Shown here one piece after another: positions 18,041 through 30,800 of a stretch of 64,000 nt of DNA. The stretch is from assembly GCF_009914755.1 (NCBI RefSeq), contig NC_060928.1, one strand, 5' to 3'. The DNA comes from the human T2T-CHM13v2.0 reference genome, Homo sapiens. How positions within the stretch are numbered: position 1 is the first letter of the stretch; each line of letters opens with the position of its first letter. Below the pieces are notes generated by a model, which worked only from the letters and a program-made list of their open reading frames with translations, did not search any database and had not been told where the DNA came from. The position numbers were made by a program, and so were the translations under genes.

Positions 18041-18629
18041 AAAAGCCCCTGTTAATTGGGGTCTCCTATCTGCTAATGTGGCATTTATCTGGGTCACAGG
18101 CTCAAGCCTTTAAAGAGTGGTTAGGATATAAATGATAAGTGAAATTGTAACTTTAGCAACTTCCCTTATCATTATAAAGTGGGAGGCAACAGAGACTTCT
18201 CTGTGTTTTGAATGTGTGTTTAATGATTCTTCTGTGATTTAAGTACAAAACGCAAACCAATCTTTGCATCACATTCTGAAGGTTAACCCTGTCTTATCCA
18301 GCAAGTTACAGGCTTAGTCGTTCAATAAAATAGGTAAATGTAAGTTCCGTTAGGTTTTAAAAATGTCATAACTTTTTTTTGTCTTCTGAGTGGGGATTTA
18401 TGTTATTACTGATTATTTCACTAACTGGTAATAGGGATGGGATTGACTATTAGAATACTGTTAACTTCTCACTCCACTAAACAAATGATAGAGAAAAATG
18501 TGAATGTTGTTACATGAATAATTTAATATTGCTTTTGAATTAAAGTTTTAAGGACCATAAAGTCAGGATCTGTCGATGTATGTTTTCTAAATTGTTTTTG
18601 ATATTGAGTAGAATAAAAATATTAGTAAA

Positions 18630-19382
18630 TGTTTGGGAAAAAAACTCAAACTTTTTTCCCTCTGTTCTCATACCACAACAGTCATCAACACAGATGATTT
18701 CTGTAACCAAACCTATGGGGGTTTCTCCTCACCACCAAGCGAGCAATCATTTCTGCAGTGGACACCAACTGGGTGTCCTTTAGTTCATTTCCTACACTGT
18801 TTGACTGGATATAGTGTCAGATCCCAGAGATAGAGGGCTTAGTCCTCGAAGCTGCCCCTTTCCCACCCTGTTCAGACACCAGTCACGAGTTTGGGCCTCC
18901 GGAACTTAAAACTTGACTGGCTTCAAGTTGGGGTTCTCATGGCTCCCCCTCTTTGGGTTTGGTTAATTTGCTAGAGCAGCTCACAGAACTCAGGAAAATA
19001 CTTATTTTACTAGTTTATTATAAAGGATATTGCAGAGGATACAGATGAAGAGATGCATAGGGCAAGGTATTGGGGAAGGGATGCCAAGCTTCCATGAGTT
19101 CAGTGTTCAGCTAGCTATTTGGAAACTCTCTGAACCCAATCCTCTTGGGTTTTTATGGAATCTTCATTCCTTCAGGGTATATGGGGTGGGACCCTCTCTG
19201 GAATGAGAGTCTTATGACCCACATCACAAAGGTGGGGGTTAGACACTTGCCTTCAGGTAGGGTGAAAGGAAGAGAGCAGGAGAAGGTTGGAGAGAGTCTG
19301 TTTCCTGAGGCCTAAAGCACCCAACACTATAACGAGACTGCAACAAGGCTAGGGGAGTTATTAGCCAAGGAACTGTGGACAG

Positions 19383-19419
<37 letters not shown>

Positions 19420-19425
19420 AACACA
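18630..19425. mobile_element. MER21-type LTR
   Basis: TG..CA ends with 5-bp TSD GTAAA/GCAAA and MER21-like GGACACCAACTGGGTGTCC. Confidence 0.65.
19385..19415. repeat. (CA)n microsatellite
   Basis: About 15 perfect AC units. Confidence 0.95.
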
Positions 19426-20021
19426 GCAAATCATCCACGGGATCTAAAGAAGCATGATACAGTAAATGCCTATATACCTACCATCTAACTTATTAAAAAG
19501 AACATTACCAGGAAAACAAGTGAAAACAGAAGGCTCCTTTTTCTTTGTCCCTCATCCAAGAGGTATTCCATATCCTGAATTTTGTGTTTATCATTCATTT
19601 GCATTTCCATGTTTGATTTCTTAAAAAATGTATTTTTAATGTTTTTGAAATTTTTTTTACCAACAAAATGATTACATGTATTCTTTTACAACATGCGTTT
19701 TTTTGTTTGTCATTATGTTCCTGAGATTTATCCATGTTTCATTGTAGCTCTGGTTCATTTTCATTGTTTTCACTGCTATGTGATATTCCAATAAATTAAT
19801 ATATCATAACTTTTACATTCTTCTGTCAATGGAAATTTGGGTTGTTACGGTTTTTCTATTATAAATAGTCCTCCTCTAGACATTCTTGTGCCTGATTCTT
19901 GGTGCCTGTTTGTAAAAATTTCTCTTGGGTATACCCCTAAGGAGTAAATTTTTTGGGTCATAGGATATGTGTTTAGCTTTACTTTGATGATACCAGATTG
20001 TTTTCCAAAGTGGTTGTACTT

Positions 20022-20932
20022 CAAAATAAATAATTGGGACATAATTAAAGTAAAAAGCTTCTGCACAGCAAAAATAATAATAATAATCACAGTAAACAGA
20101 CAACCTGTAGGGAGAAAATATTTGCAAACTATGCATCTGACAAAGGACTAATACCCAGAATCTACAAGGAACTCAAACAAATCAGCAAGAAAAAAAAATC
20201 AAATAATCTCATCAAAAAGTGGGCAAATGACCTAAATAGAATTTTCTCAAAAGAAGATATGGCCAACAAACATATGAAAAAATGCTCAATGTCACTAATC
20301 ATCAGGGAAATGCAAATTAAAACCACAATGAGATACCACCTTACTCCAGCCAGAATGGCCATTACTAAAAAGTCAAAGAACAATAGATGTTGGCATGGAT
20401 GTGATGAAAAGGGAATACTTAAACACTGCTGGTGGGAATGTAATTTAGTACAACCACTGTAGAAACCACTGGGTATCTATCCAAAGGAAGAGAAGTCATT
20501 ATATAAAAAGACACCTGTATATGTATGTTTATCGCAGCACATTTCACAATTGCAAAGATAGGGAACCAACCTAAGTGTCAGCTGATGAGTGGATAAAGCA
20601 AATTTGATATATATACATCATGAAATACTCCCCAGCCATTAAAAAAAGAATGAAATAATATCTTTTGCAGCAACGTGGAAGGAACCAGAGGCTGTTATTC
20701 TAAGTGAAGTAACTCCGGAATGGAAAACCAAGTACCAGGTCGTCTCGCTTACAAGTAGGAGCTAAGCTGTGGGTACTCAAAGACATTCGGAGTGGTATAA
20801 TGGACTTTGGAGACTCAGAAAGGGGGAGGGCTGGCTGAGGGTGAGGGATAAGAAACTACATATTTAGTACAATGTACATACTAGGATGACTGCACTAAAA
20901 TCTCAGACTTTAGCATTAAACAAAAAACAAAA
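20022..20932 (+). mobile_element. 5'-truncated L1 (L1PB/L1MA-type): ORF2 end and 3' UTR, inside an older antisense L1
   Basis: ORF2 C-terminal peptide [32 protein letters not shown] and A-rich tail. Possible TSD AAAGTGGTTGTACTT/AAAATGGTGGTACTT. Confidence 0.8.
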
Positions 20933-21864
20933 ATGGTGGTACTTATAGAGAGTTTATGTTGTTTCATATGCTAGCTAGGACTTGTTGTTAACAGACTTTT
21001 TATTTTTGCCAGTCTGGAGTTGTGTATTACTCATGAACAGCAGTGTTCACTGGGCTATTTGCATCAGTACACTTGCAAAAATTTAAAAGGGTTTAACTGT
21101 CTTCAAGGGGCTTATGCTATTCTTGTATAGACAAGAAGTACTGGAAAAAAGATAAATAACAGGGAAGTGCTAGTGAATGTTATAGACAAGGAACTATGTT
21201 TTCCTTGAATTTTTTATAATTTTACTGAGTTTCTCTAGCTTTTTACTGTGACAAATTTCAAACAAATAGAAAAGTTTAAAGAAGAATATAGTATAATTGC
21301 AGTATACTCTTCACCTAAGTTAACATTTTGCTGTATTTGTTTTATTTATGTGTGCTTGTATGTGTATTGGGTGTGTGTGTATATGTGTATTTGTTGAAAT
21401 ATTTTGGGAATAAGACACAGAAAACACGACACTGAATCTATTAAATATTCAGCAAACATTTTCTAATGACAAGGGCATTCTTAACTATAATACTATTATT
21501 ACACCTAAGAAGATTAACAAGAATTCTCTGATTTCATCTAATAGGCCAATCTTACTTAAATTTCTCAATTATCTCCCAAATGTCATCCATAAAAGCTTTT
21601 TTGTTTGTTTTGCTTTTTGATTATAGACTCAGGAACCTATCAAAGCTCACATATAGCATTTGGCTGTCATGTCTCTTAATTTAGAATAGTCCTCATCTTA
21701 TTTTCATGATACTAGCTTCTTGAAGAGGCTAGTCAGTTGTCTTGTAGAATGTTACACATTTTTGATTAACTGTTTCCTCAAAGTGTCTTTAAGTTGTTCT
21801 TTTGTCCCCTGTAGTTTCTGTAAGCCAGAAATCAAGCCCAACTGCTGTTAGATTTGTGAAACAC

Positions 21865-22158
21865 TTTTTTTTTTTTTTTGAGACGGTCTCATTCTGTTGC
21901 CCAGGCTACAGTGCAGTGGTGTGATCATGGCTCACTACAGCCTCAACCTCCTGAGCTCAAGTGATGCTCCCGCCTTGGCCTCCTGAGTAGCTGGGACCAT
22001 AGGCATGCCACCATGCCTGGCTAATTTTTGTACTTTTTGTAGAGATGGAGATCTCCCTATGTTGCCCGGGCTGCTGTCTCACTCCTGGGCTCAAGTGATC
22101 TGCTTGCCTCGGCCTCCCAAAGTACTGGGATTACAGGTGTGAGCCACTGCACCTGACC
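21865..22158 (-). mobile_element. AluJ
   Basis: Dimer; TSD GTGAAACACT/GTGAAACGCT. Confidence 0.88.
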
Positions 22159-25073
22159 GTGAAACGCTGTTGACAAGACTCATAGGTGATGTTATCCACT
22201 TCACATTTCATCACATCAGGAGGCACAGAGTGGCTGGTGGTTCTGTTCCTAGCAGATCACCATTGATTGCACAGGTACTTTTTTTTAACCTCACAATTGG
22301 CATTTAATCTGTGGGATGATATTCTGGCACTTGGAGAGTATGCATTTTCTCAACAATCTTTCTCTGAGTGGTTTTAGCATTGCGATGATCCTTACCTGAT
22401 AATTATTTCAGTGGAGGTTGCAAATGGTGATTTTCTCCCTAAGTCTGTCATTCAATAGCTGATCTTTTTTTTTTTTTCTGTAAGGTAGAGTTTTCCCTCA
22501 TCAACTGGTAAATGAACTACGTTCCACCATTCCTACCAAGAAGATAGAAATGGTTGTGTACTGGGCACTAACCAGTAGTTGCAAATGTTTGTTGTTTTCA
22601 ATTAGGAGCTTTGGATTGTTTTCTTTTTCATGTTCAAATTGTCTCAAATTTGATTAGTGTTAACACCTTTAAAGTGGCTTCTATATCCTTTTGAGTCTCC
22701 TCCATTACTCTCTGATTGCTTCCTAGCTCTCTGGCATATGATAAAACACATTCCCTAATACTTTCCCAGCCCCAGATCTGCAATCAGTCTTGTTTCTAAG
22801 CAGCCCTGGTTTCTGGCAGGAATGTTTTTAGAAATCTACATCTGAGTGCTAGGTATGCTTCCTCCTGTAATGTCCTTGCCTTTAGAAGAAGGGGTAGTGA
22901 CATCTTCAAGGAATATTGCTCATGTGGAGGACACAGATAAAACAGCTAAAGAACAGTTTTTAAAAGCAGCACACTAAGTAGCTGAACAATGTACTAGGTA
23001 AAGACAGGCTTTGAAACGCCTCATGAAGGAGTTAAGAACTGAATTTTGATAAATAGGTGTGAAAATCAAATAGAGGAGTAGGTAAATAAAATGGTATATA
23101 TTAAGGTGAAGGAGAGGACATTCTCTGCAGGGAAAGGATGTGTTTATGGAAGTAGGAGCAAGCTGAGGCATGTAGGTAATAGCAAGTAGATTAGCAGCTT
23201 TACTTTAAGGAAGAGTCCAAGTACAGAAATATAAGGAAATGAAATGATCGTTAGTAGGGATAGAGACCTTGCTGTTCAGTTGAATATTTTTTTCCAAAAT
23301 GTAAATATTTCCTGTTAAATATATTGTTATAAAAAGGAGTACATGATCTTTGCAGAAATTTAAAACAGAAGTGTGTTAGGTGAAAACTATCATAATTCTA
23401 GCATCCTAAAACCAAAGCATTGTTTGGTTTCTTATCTTTCCAGATTTTTACATATGTACTATATACAGGTTAAGAACATGGATGCTGTCTTAAGAGGGCC
23501 TGCATTCAAAACTTGGACTTGTCATTAATTACCCCTGTGTTTTTTGGACATGTTAATCTGTGCCTCAGCTTTCTCATCTGTAAAATGAGATATCTGTGAT
23601 AATAGTACCTATGTCTTGGTAGTGGTGTGAGGATTAATTCTCTGCCTAATCAGTGCTTGGTATGTAGTAAAATCTCAAATGTTAGCTGCTGTTTTTTATC
23701 TTTCAAAATAAAATAGAATTGTTGCTCTGCATTATATACACCTATACAGTTTTGTAATTTACCATTTTTTACATATCTTTAAAAAATTTGTTATAAAAAA
23801 CATTTAATTTTACTGTCTTAATTATTTTTATGTGTATAGTTCAGTAGTGTTAAGCATATTTATGTTGTGAAACAGATCTCTAGAACGTTTTCATTTTGCA
23901 GAACTGAACTCCATAGCCCTATAACAGCAACTCTCCTTTGTCCTGTTTCCCAAACCCCTGGTAACTACTATTCTACTTTCTGTAGGAATTTGACTACTTT
24001 AGACATTTCATATAAGTCAGATTACACAATATTTGTTCTTTTGTGACTGGCTGATTTCACTTAATGCCCTGAAAGTTCCTTCATGTTGTACCCGTCACAG
24101 GATTTCCTTTGTAAGGCTGCATAGTATTTCATTTTATGTGTACCGCATGTTGTGTTTATCCATTCTTCTCTTGATGGACATTTGGGTTGTCTCTACCTCT
24201 TGGTTATTGTAAATAGTGCTTATGAACACGAGCGTGCAAATATTTCCTTGAGACCCTGCTTTCAGTTCTTTTGGATCTATACTCAGAAGTGGGATTGCTG
24301 GATCACACGATTATTTGTTTTTAGTTTTTTGAGGAGCAGTCATTCTGTTTTCTATAGTAGTTGGATTGTTCTACAATTCCAACACAATGTACAAGGGTTC
24401 TGATTTCTCCATATCCCCACCAACATTTGTTCTTTTCTGTTTTGTTTTTTTCATAGTAGTCATCCTAATGGGTATGAGCTGATACTTCATAGAGATTTTG
24501 ATTTGCACTTTTCTGATGATTAGTGATGTTGAGCACGTTTCATATGCCTGTTGGCTAGTATATATCATCTTTGGAGAAATGTCTGCTTAAGTCTTTTGCC
24601 CATTTTAAAAATTGGGTTAATTCATTTTTTGATATTATGTTGTAAGAGTCTTAAAATATAATCTAGATGTCAACCCATTACCAGGTATGTTATTTGCAAA
24701 TCTTTTCTCCTATTCCATAGGTTACCTTTTACTCTGTTGATTGTGTCCTTTGATGAACAAAAGTTTTTTAAGTTTGAGTAGTCTCATCTGTCTGTTTTTG
24801 CTTTAATTGCCTGTGCTTTTGGTGTTATCTCCAAACAATCATTGCCTAGTCCATTGTCACAAAGTATTTCCCCATTTCCCTTATGTTTTCATCTAGGAGT
24901 TTTATAGTTTTGGGTCTCATGTTCAGGTCTTTAATCTCTTTTGAGTTAATTTTTATATATGGTTAAGATAAGGGCACAACTTTATTCTTTGGCATTTGGA
25001 TCCAGTTTTCCCAACAGTGTTTATTGAAGAGACTATTCTTTGCCTGTTGGCACCCTTGTCAAAAATCATCTGA

Positions 25074-25385
25074 GGCCAGGTGTGGTGCCTCACACCTGTA
25101 ATCCCTGCACTTTGGGAGGCTGAAACTGGAGGATTGCTTGAGCCCAGGAATTCGAAACCAGTTTGGGCAAGATGGTGAAACCCTTTCTCTACAAAGAATA
25201 CAAAAATTAGCCAGGCGTGTTGGCATGCGCCTGTAGTGCCAACTACTTGGGAGGCTGAGGCAGGAGGACCCCTTGAGCCCTAAAGAGTTTGAGGTGGCAG
25301 TGAGCTATGATTGTGCCACTGCACTCCAGCTTAGGTGACGAGGTGAGACCCCATCTTTAAAAAACAAAAACCTCCCAAAAAACAC
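25074..25385 (+). mobile_element. AluJ within L1
   Basis: Dimer with A-rich tail. Confidence 0.87.
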
Positions 25386-26548
25386 ACATGACCAAATACA
25401 CAAGGATTTATTTCTGGATTCTGTTCCATTTGTCTGTGTATCTGTTTTTATGCCAGTATTACACCATTTTCATTACTGTAGCTCTGGTATGTTTTGATAT
25501 CAGGAAGTGTGAGTCTTCCAAATTTGCTCTTTTTCAGAATTGTTTTGGCTATTTGGGTCCCTTGAGATTTCATATGAATTTTAGAATTTTTTTCAATTTC
25601 TGCAAAATATGCCATTGGGATTTGGTGAGGATTGCATTGAATCTGTAAACTGCTTTGGGTAATATTGATATCTTAACCTTATCGTTTTCAGATACATGAA
25701 CATGGGATGTCTCTCTATTTGTGTTGCCTTTACTTGCTTTTGGCAACGTGTTGTAGTTTGCATTATACAAGTCTTTTAACCTCCTTAGTTTAGGTTTATT
25801 TCTAGGTATTTTATTTTTAATGGAAATTTATTTTTAAATGGAATTGTTCCTTAATTTATCTTAAAATTATTCATTGTTAGTGTATAGAAATGCAACTGAT
25901 TTTTATGTTGATTATCCTGCAACTTTAGTTTATTAGCTCTAACAGTTTTTTTTTTTAATGAAATCTTTAAGGTTTTCTACATGTATAAGATCATGTCATC
26001 TGTGAACAGAGATAATTTTACTTCTTCCTTTTTAATTTGGATGCCTTTTATTTCTTTTTCTTGCCTAATTGCTCTGGCTAGGACTTCCAATACAATGTTG
26101 AATAGAAGTGATGAGAGCTGGCATCTTTATCTTGTTCCTGGACTCAGATGAAAAGCTTTCTGTCTTTCACCATTGAGTTTGATGTTAGTTATGGGCGTCT
26201 TATATATGAGCTTTGTTATGTTGAGGTAATTTTCATGTATTCCTAGTTTGTTGAGTGTCTTTATTTTGAAGGAGTATCAGATCTTGTCAGATGGTTTTTC
26301 TGAATCAATTGAGATGATTATGTGATTTTTATCCTTCATTCTGTTAATGTGATGTATTAAATTGATTTTTGTTTTTGAATATTCTTGCATTCCTGGAATA
26401 AATTCCACTTGGTCATGGTGTATAGTCCTTTCAGTGTGCTATTGAATTTATTTGTTAGTGTTTTGTTCAAGATTTTGCATCAATATTTATAAGGGATACT
26501 GGTCTTTAGTCTTTATCTGGCTTTGGTATAAGGGTAATGGTGGTTTCA

Positions 26549-26902
<354 letters not shown>

Positions 26903-27172
26903 TTAGTTATTGAGTCTTATCTCTTTTCTTCGGTAGTCTAGCTAAGGGTTGGCCACTTTCTTTTCATTGTTTTTATTTTTTTGGGTAAAGATGGGGTCTT
27001 GCTGTGTTGTCCAGGCCGGTCTTGCATTCCTGGCCTCAGGCAGTCCTTCCCACCTCAGTCTTCCTTATTGCCTATTAATTTCTAATATTTATTATTTCCT
27101 TCTGTTAGCCTTAGGTTTTATCTTTTCTTCTTTTTCTAGTTCTTGAGGTAAAAGTTGGGTTGTTAATGTGAG

Positions 27173-27476
27173 TTTTTTTTTTTTTTTTTCAAGACAGTGT
27201 CTCGCTCTGTCACCCAGGCTGGAGTGAGGTGGCACAATCTTGGCTTACTGCAACCTTTGCCTCCTGGATTCAAGTGATTCTCTTGCCTCAGCCTCTCGAG
27301 TAGCTGCACTGACTTACAGGTGCCTGCCACCACGCCCGGCTAATTTTTGTATTTTTAGTAGAGACAGGGTTTCACCATGTTGGCCAGGCTAGTCTCGAAC
27401 TGCTGACGTCAGGTGATCTGCCCCGCTTGGCCTCCCAAAGTGCTGGGATTACAGGCATGAGCCACCACACCCGGCC
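27173..27476 (-). mobile_element. AluS within L1
   Basis: Dimer with poly-T. Confidence 0.9.
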
Positions 27477-27554
27477 GAGGTGTTTCTTTTTTAGTGTATA
27501 TGTTTACAGCTGTAGACTTTCCTTTTAAAACATCTTTGGCTGTATCCCATAAAG

Positions 27555-27586
<32 letters not shown>

Positions 27587-27934
27587 TTTAAAGAGGTTTA
27601 TTCTGAGCCAAATAAGAGCGACCAAGGTCTGTGACACAGCCTCAGGAGTTCTTGAAAACGTGTACCCAAGGTGGTTGGGTTACAGCTTGATTTTATACAT
27701 TTTAGGGGGACAGAAGTTACAGGCAGACATTAATCTGTACATGTAAGGTGTGCACTAGTTTGGTCCGCAAAGGTGGGACAACTTGAAGTGGGGTCTTCCA
27801 GGTCATAGGTGGGTTCAAAGATTTTCTGATTAGCAGTTGGTTGAAAGAGGCAACTTATTATCTAGGGGACTGGAATTAATAGAAAGGAGTGTCTGGATTA
27901 AAATAAGGGATTGTGAAGACCAAGGTTCTTACTA
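27555..27934 (-). mobile_element. Retroposed, polyadenylated MER4-group LTR fragment
   Basis: MER4B/D-like sequence ending CAGAATAAACCTCTTTAAATCTTT then ~27 A. Flanked by degenerate TSD TGTATCCCATAAAGTTTT / TGCATCCCGTAAGTTTT. Confidence 0.75.
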
Positions 27935-28330
27935 TGCATCCCGTAAGTTTTGCATACTAAATGTTTTTGTTTTTATTTGTGTTGAAGTTCCCTTGTGACT
28001 TTTTCTTTGACACATTGGATTGAGAGTATGTTTCATTTCCACATATTTGTGGATTTTTCACATTTCTAACTTACCTATTTTTTTAAAACCTAAGACATTG
28101 TAGACTTCTTTGCACATGTAAGATTAATTTCATTACTTCTTTCTTTTATGAAAATATTTTTATTTTCTATAAATACATTTGGAAGAAATTATTTCTTCCC
28201 AACCCAGTCCATCCCATTAACTGTCAGTTTTTTCTACTAAAAAAGATGCTAATACCACCCTCACCTGTGACTGCTAAACAGAAAAATATTGCCTGGACTA
28301 GGCATTATTCCCCTAGTTGGAAATAAAGGC

Positions 28331-28822
28331 TGTTGGGCATGGGAGTTTGATCTTGTAAAGAAATCAACACTGAGACAAAGGATCTCTTAGCAAGGCTGGT
28401 TTACTTTCTGCCAAAAGGGTGCACTCACCAGCAGTCCAGCCACGAGAGCACACCAAACAAAGGAGACGGGGACATTTATAACCTTTACATCCTGATGCAA
28501 TCCCCTATGGCTGTGTCCCGTTCCCATTGGCTGGGATGGGACCTCACACTCTAAACTTAACTGGATTGGTTAATAATTTAAAACTTTCCTAAATAGGACG
28601 AAGGGAAAAAGGACAAAGAAAAGAGGAAGTTAGTGATGAGAGGTCAGAGGGGTTCCCAAATAAGGAATGGCATGTATCCTGATCTGGGACTCATTTAGCC
28701 TTATCTCAACCTACTGGAACAAGCTGGAGCAGCCTTGGAATACACACATCCTAACATTTAACCGGGGAATGATAAATCTGTATGGATTTAAGAAACTTTG
28801 AGGAACTTCTCCATTCCTTTCA
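28331..28822 (-). repeat. 3' LTR of the provirus
   Basis: Preceded on the minus strand by PPT AAAAAGAGGAGGGAAT; starts TGAAAGG and ends CCCAACA. Confidence 0.93.
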
Positions 28823-28841
28823 ATTCCCTCCTCTTTTTGTT

Positions 28842-30800
28842 TTATAATTCTTCAAACTTGTCTAGCAAGTCTCTGCTTTGTTGTTTGGCTTGATCCCCTA
28901 ATAAAAGCAACCTTTCCGAATAGGGTGGGGGAGAGGCAGAGGATAGATTATTAAGGGTTGTACTGATGAGCCTTTGTACAAGCCGTCGAATACAGGGTAT
29001 GACACAACATCCAATAAGTAGAAGTATACCTAACACAGTTATAGAGGAAGTGAGGATTGAGGTTAAGATATCTTTCCAATTTCCAAATCAGTTTTCTAGC
29101 CAGCTAGAGATGGGTTATTTATGCCAGAGTTCTTAGCTAGCTTGTTTGATAAAGCAGTAAGTCCCTCTAGGGCTCTTGTTATACTTCTATCTGGGGCTGT
29201 GTTATTTGGAATGAACGTGCAGTATTGGGTCTTAATCATTACGCAAACACCACCTTTCTCAGCTAGCATCATATCAAGAGTGATTCTGTTATCCTGTGTC
29301 ATTTGGCTAGTAGATCTTAATTCATCTGCAATTCCCCTGACCACTTTGGTGTAGTTAACTAATCATTGTTGATTATAGTAAATATAGTTTATCCAGTCTA
29401 CATTTTTGTTTATCGTGACCCACCAAAATAACGTTGACTCGAGTCTAGCAGCTATCTGATCTCTGGCCTTAAATTCATCAGGAACCCCCCTTGCAACACC
29501 TGTCGCATCTAGGTGGATATGAGGATCAAAGGATCTGTAAGGAGCTCTTCTAGTGTGTTGGTGGTGGGGTGTTTCCTATTTTTGTTGATGAAATGCCAGG
29601 GTAAAAGGGATAGCCAATTGGACTAGAGTGCAAGTACCATTCCAGTTATATGGCAGAGTATCCAGTAAGTGCCCCCCGACATTACCACCATATGTCCCAC
29701 TCAAGGATGGCTGATGGAGGCCTCATGGGTTAGCTCTTAGAAGTGCCTTACCTCCCTGCATCCTGTGAAATTTCCAAGGAATATTGAGTTCTCCTCCTGC
29801 TGTGAGAGGCATGAGGCAAACTCTGCCCTGGAAGATGGAGGCTGAATGGCCCTCGGGGGCTGACCCTCAGGGTGTTGTACTTCAGGATATAGCAGAGAGA
29901 GAGCTTGGCAAGATTCATCATTCCAGGCTGTAGAATCTTGAAAGAGAGCTACCACACACTCCAAATCCGTCGCATGTGAAGAACACTTAAGTGGAAAGGG
30001 GACAATCTGGGCCTCTGGCTTACCGTGTGCACAAGTGTAACAGTCGCTTTTGTTTAGAGTGTGGACAGAATATTTAATCCGTTTTAACCAGGCATTTGCA
30101 TCTTGATACCCTGTCTCAATAGCTTAAGTCTGCTTTAAGTCATTTACTTGTACTACTGATGCTTTTGTCTTATCATTTAGTAAAGGACTAATTGGGATAA
30201 TAGAAGTTTGATTTAAAGCCGAGACTACTGGGGTTGGAGAAGGGAAAGGAGGAAGAGGGAGAAGGCGTATTTCAAACCTCCCTATCGGATCCTTCCCCTT
30301 TGACATTTGCCCAATACCGTAGAGATGGCCGATAGCTGGCTGATTATCTATATTAGAATTAAGAATAGGGTTACACTGATAAAGCTTACAATCAGGGGAA
30401 ATGCTTCCTTATGTGAAATAAAGATTAGGCCTAAGCTCAGTACAAACCCCTCCTGTAGAGGTCCAGCCTCTGTATTGAGTGGTCCATAGAACATTATTCC
30501 AACTGCTGCAAGGCTGCCATTCGGTGGGAATGAAGAAGCGGTGTCTTGGCTTTAATTGATCGCATCTATGGGAGTGAGAGACTGTTAGATTAAATGGGGG
30601 ACCAGGACATAGATATTTTTCTGAAGAGGCTAGTTGCCTTTGGTTATGTAGGTCCCCGCATGGCATCACTAGACAAGCATCAAAGGATATCACTTGAGAT
30701 GATTCCAATCTAGTTATGTTAATAATAAAATGAGAGATAGTGAGAGGAAAGAAAGAAAAATAGAAATAAAGGTATGTTAGGTTCTTCTTAATTTTAACTT
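28842..30800 (-). pseudogene. ERV env remnant
   Basis: TM ectodomain with immunosuppressive-like DNRITLDMMLAEKGGVC, CX6CC decayed to CVMIKTQYC, and membrane anchor LGILLLIGCCVIPC. Multiple stops; start uncertain. Confidence 0.88.

Noticed and set aside
28331-28822. p53 or AP-1 sites reported for some LTR10 subfamilies
   Set aside because: I see only imperfect single half-sites (e.g. GAACAAGCTG) and no TGASTCA in these LTRs.
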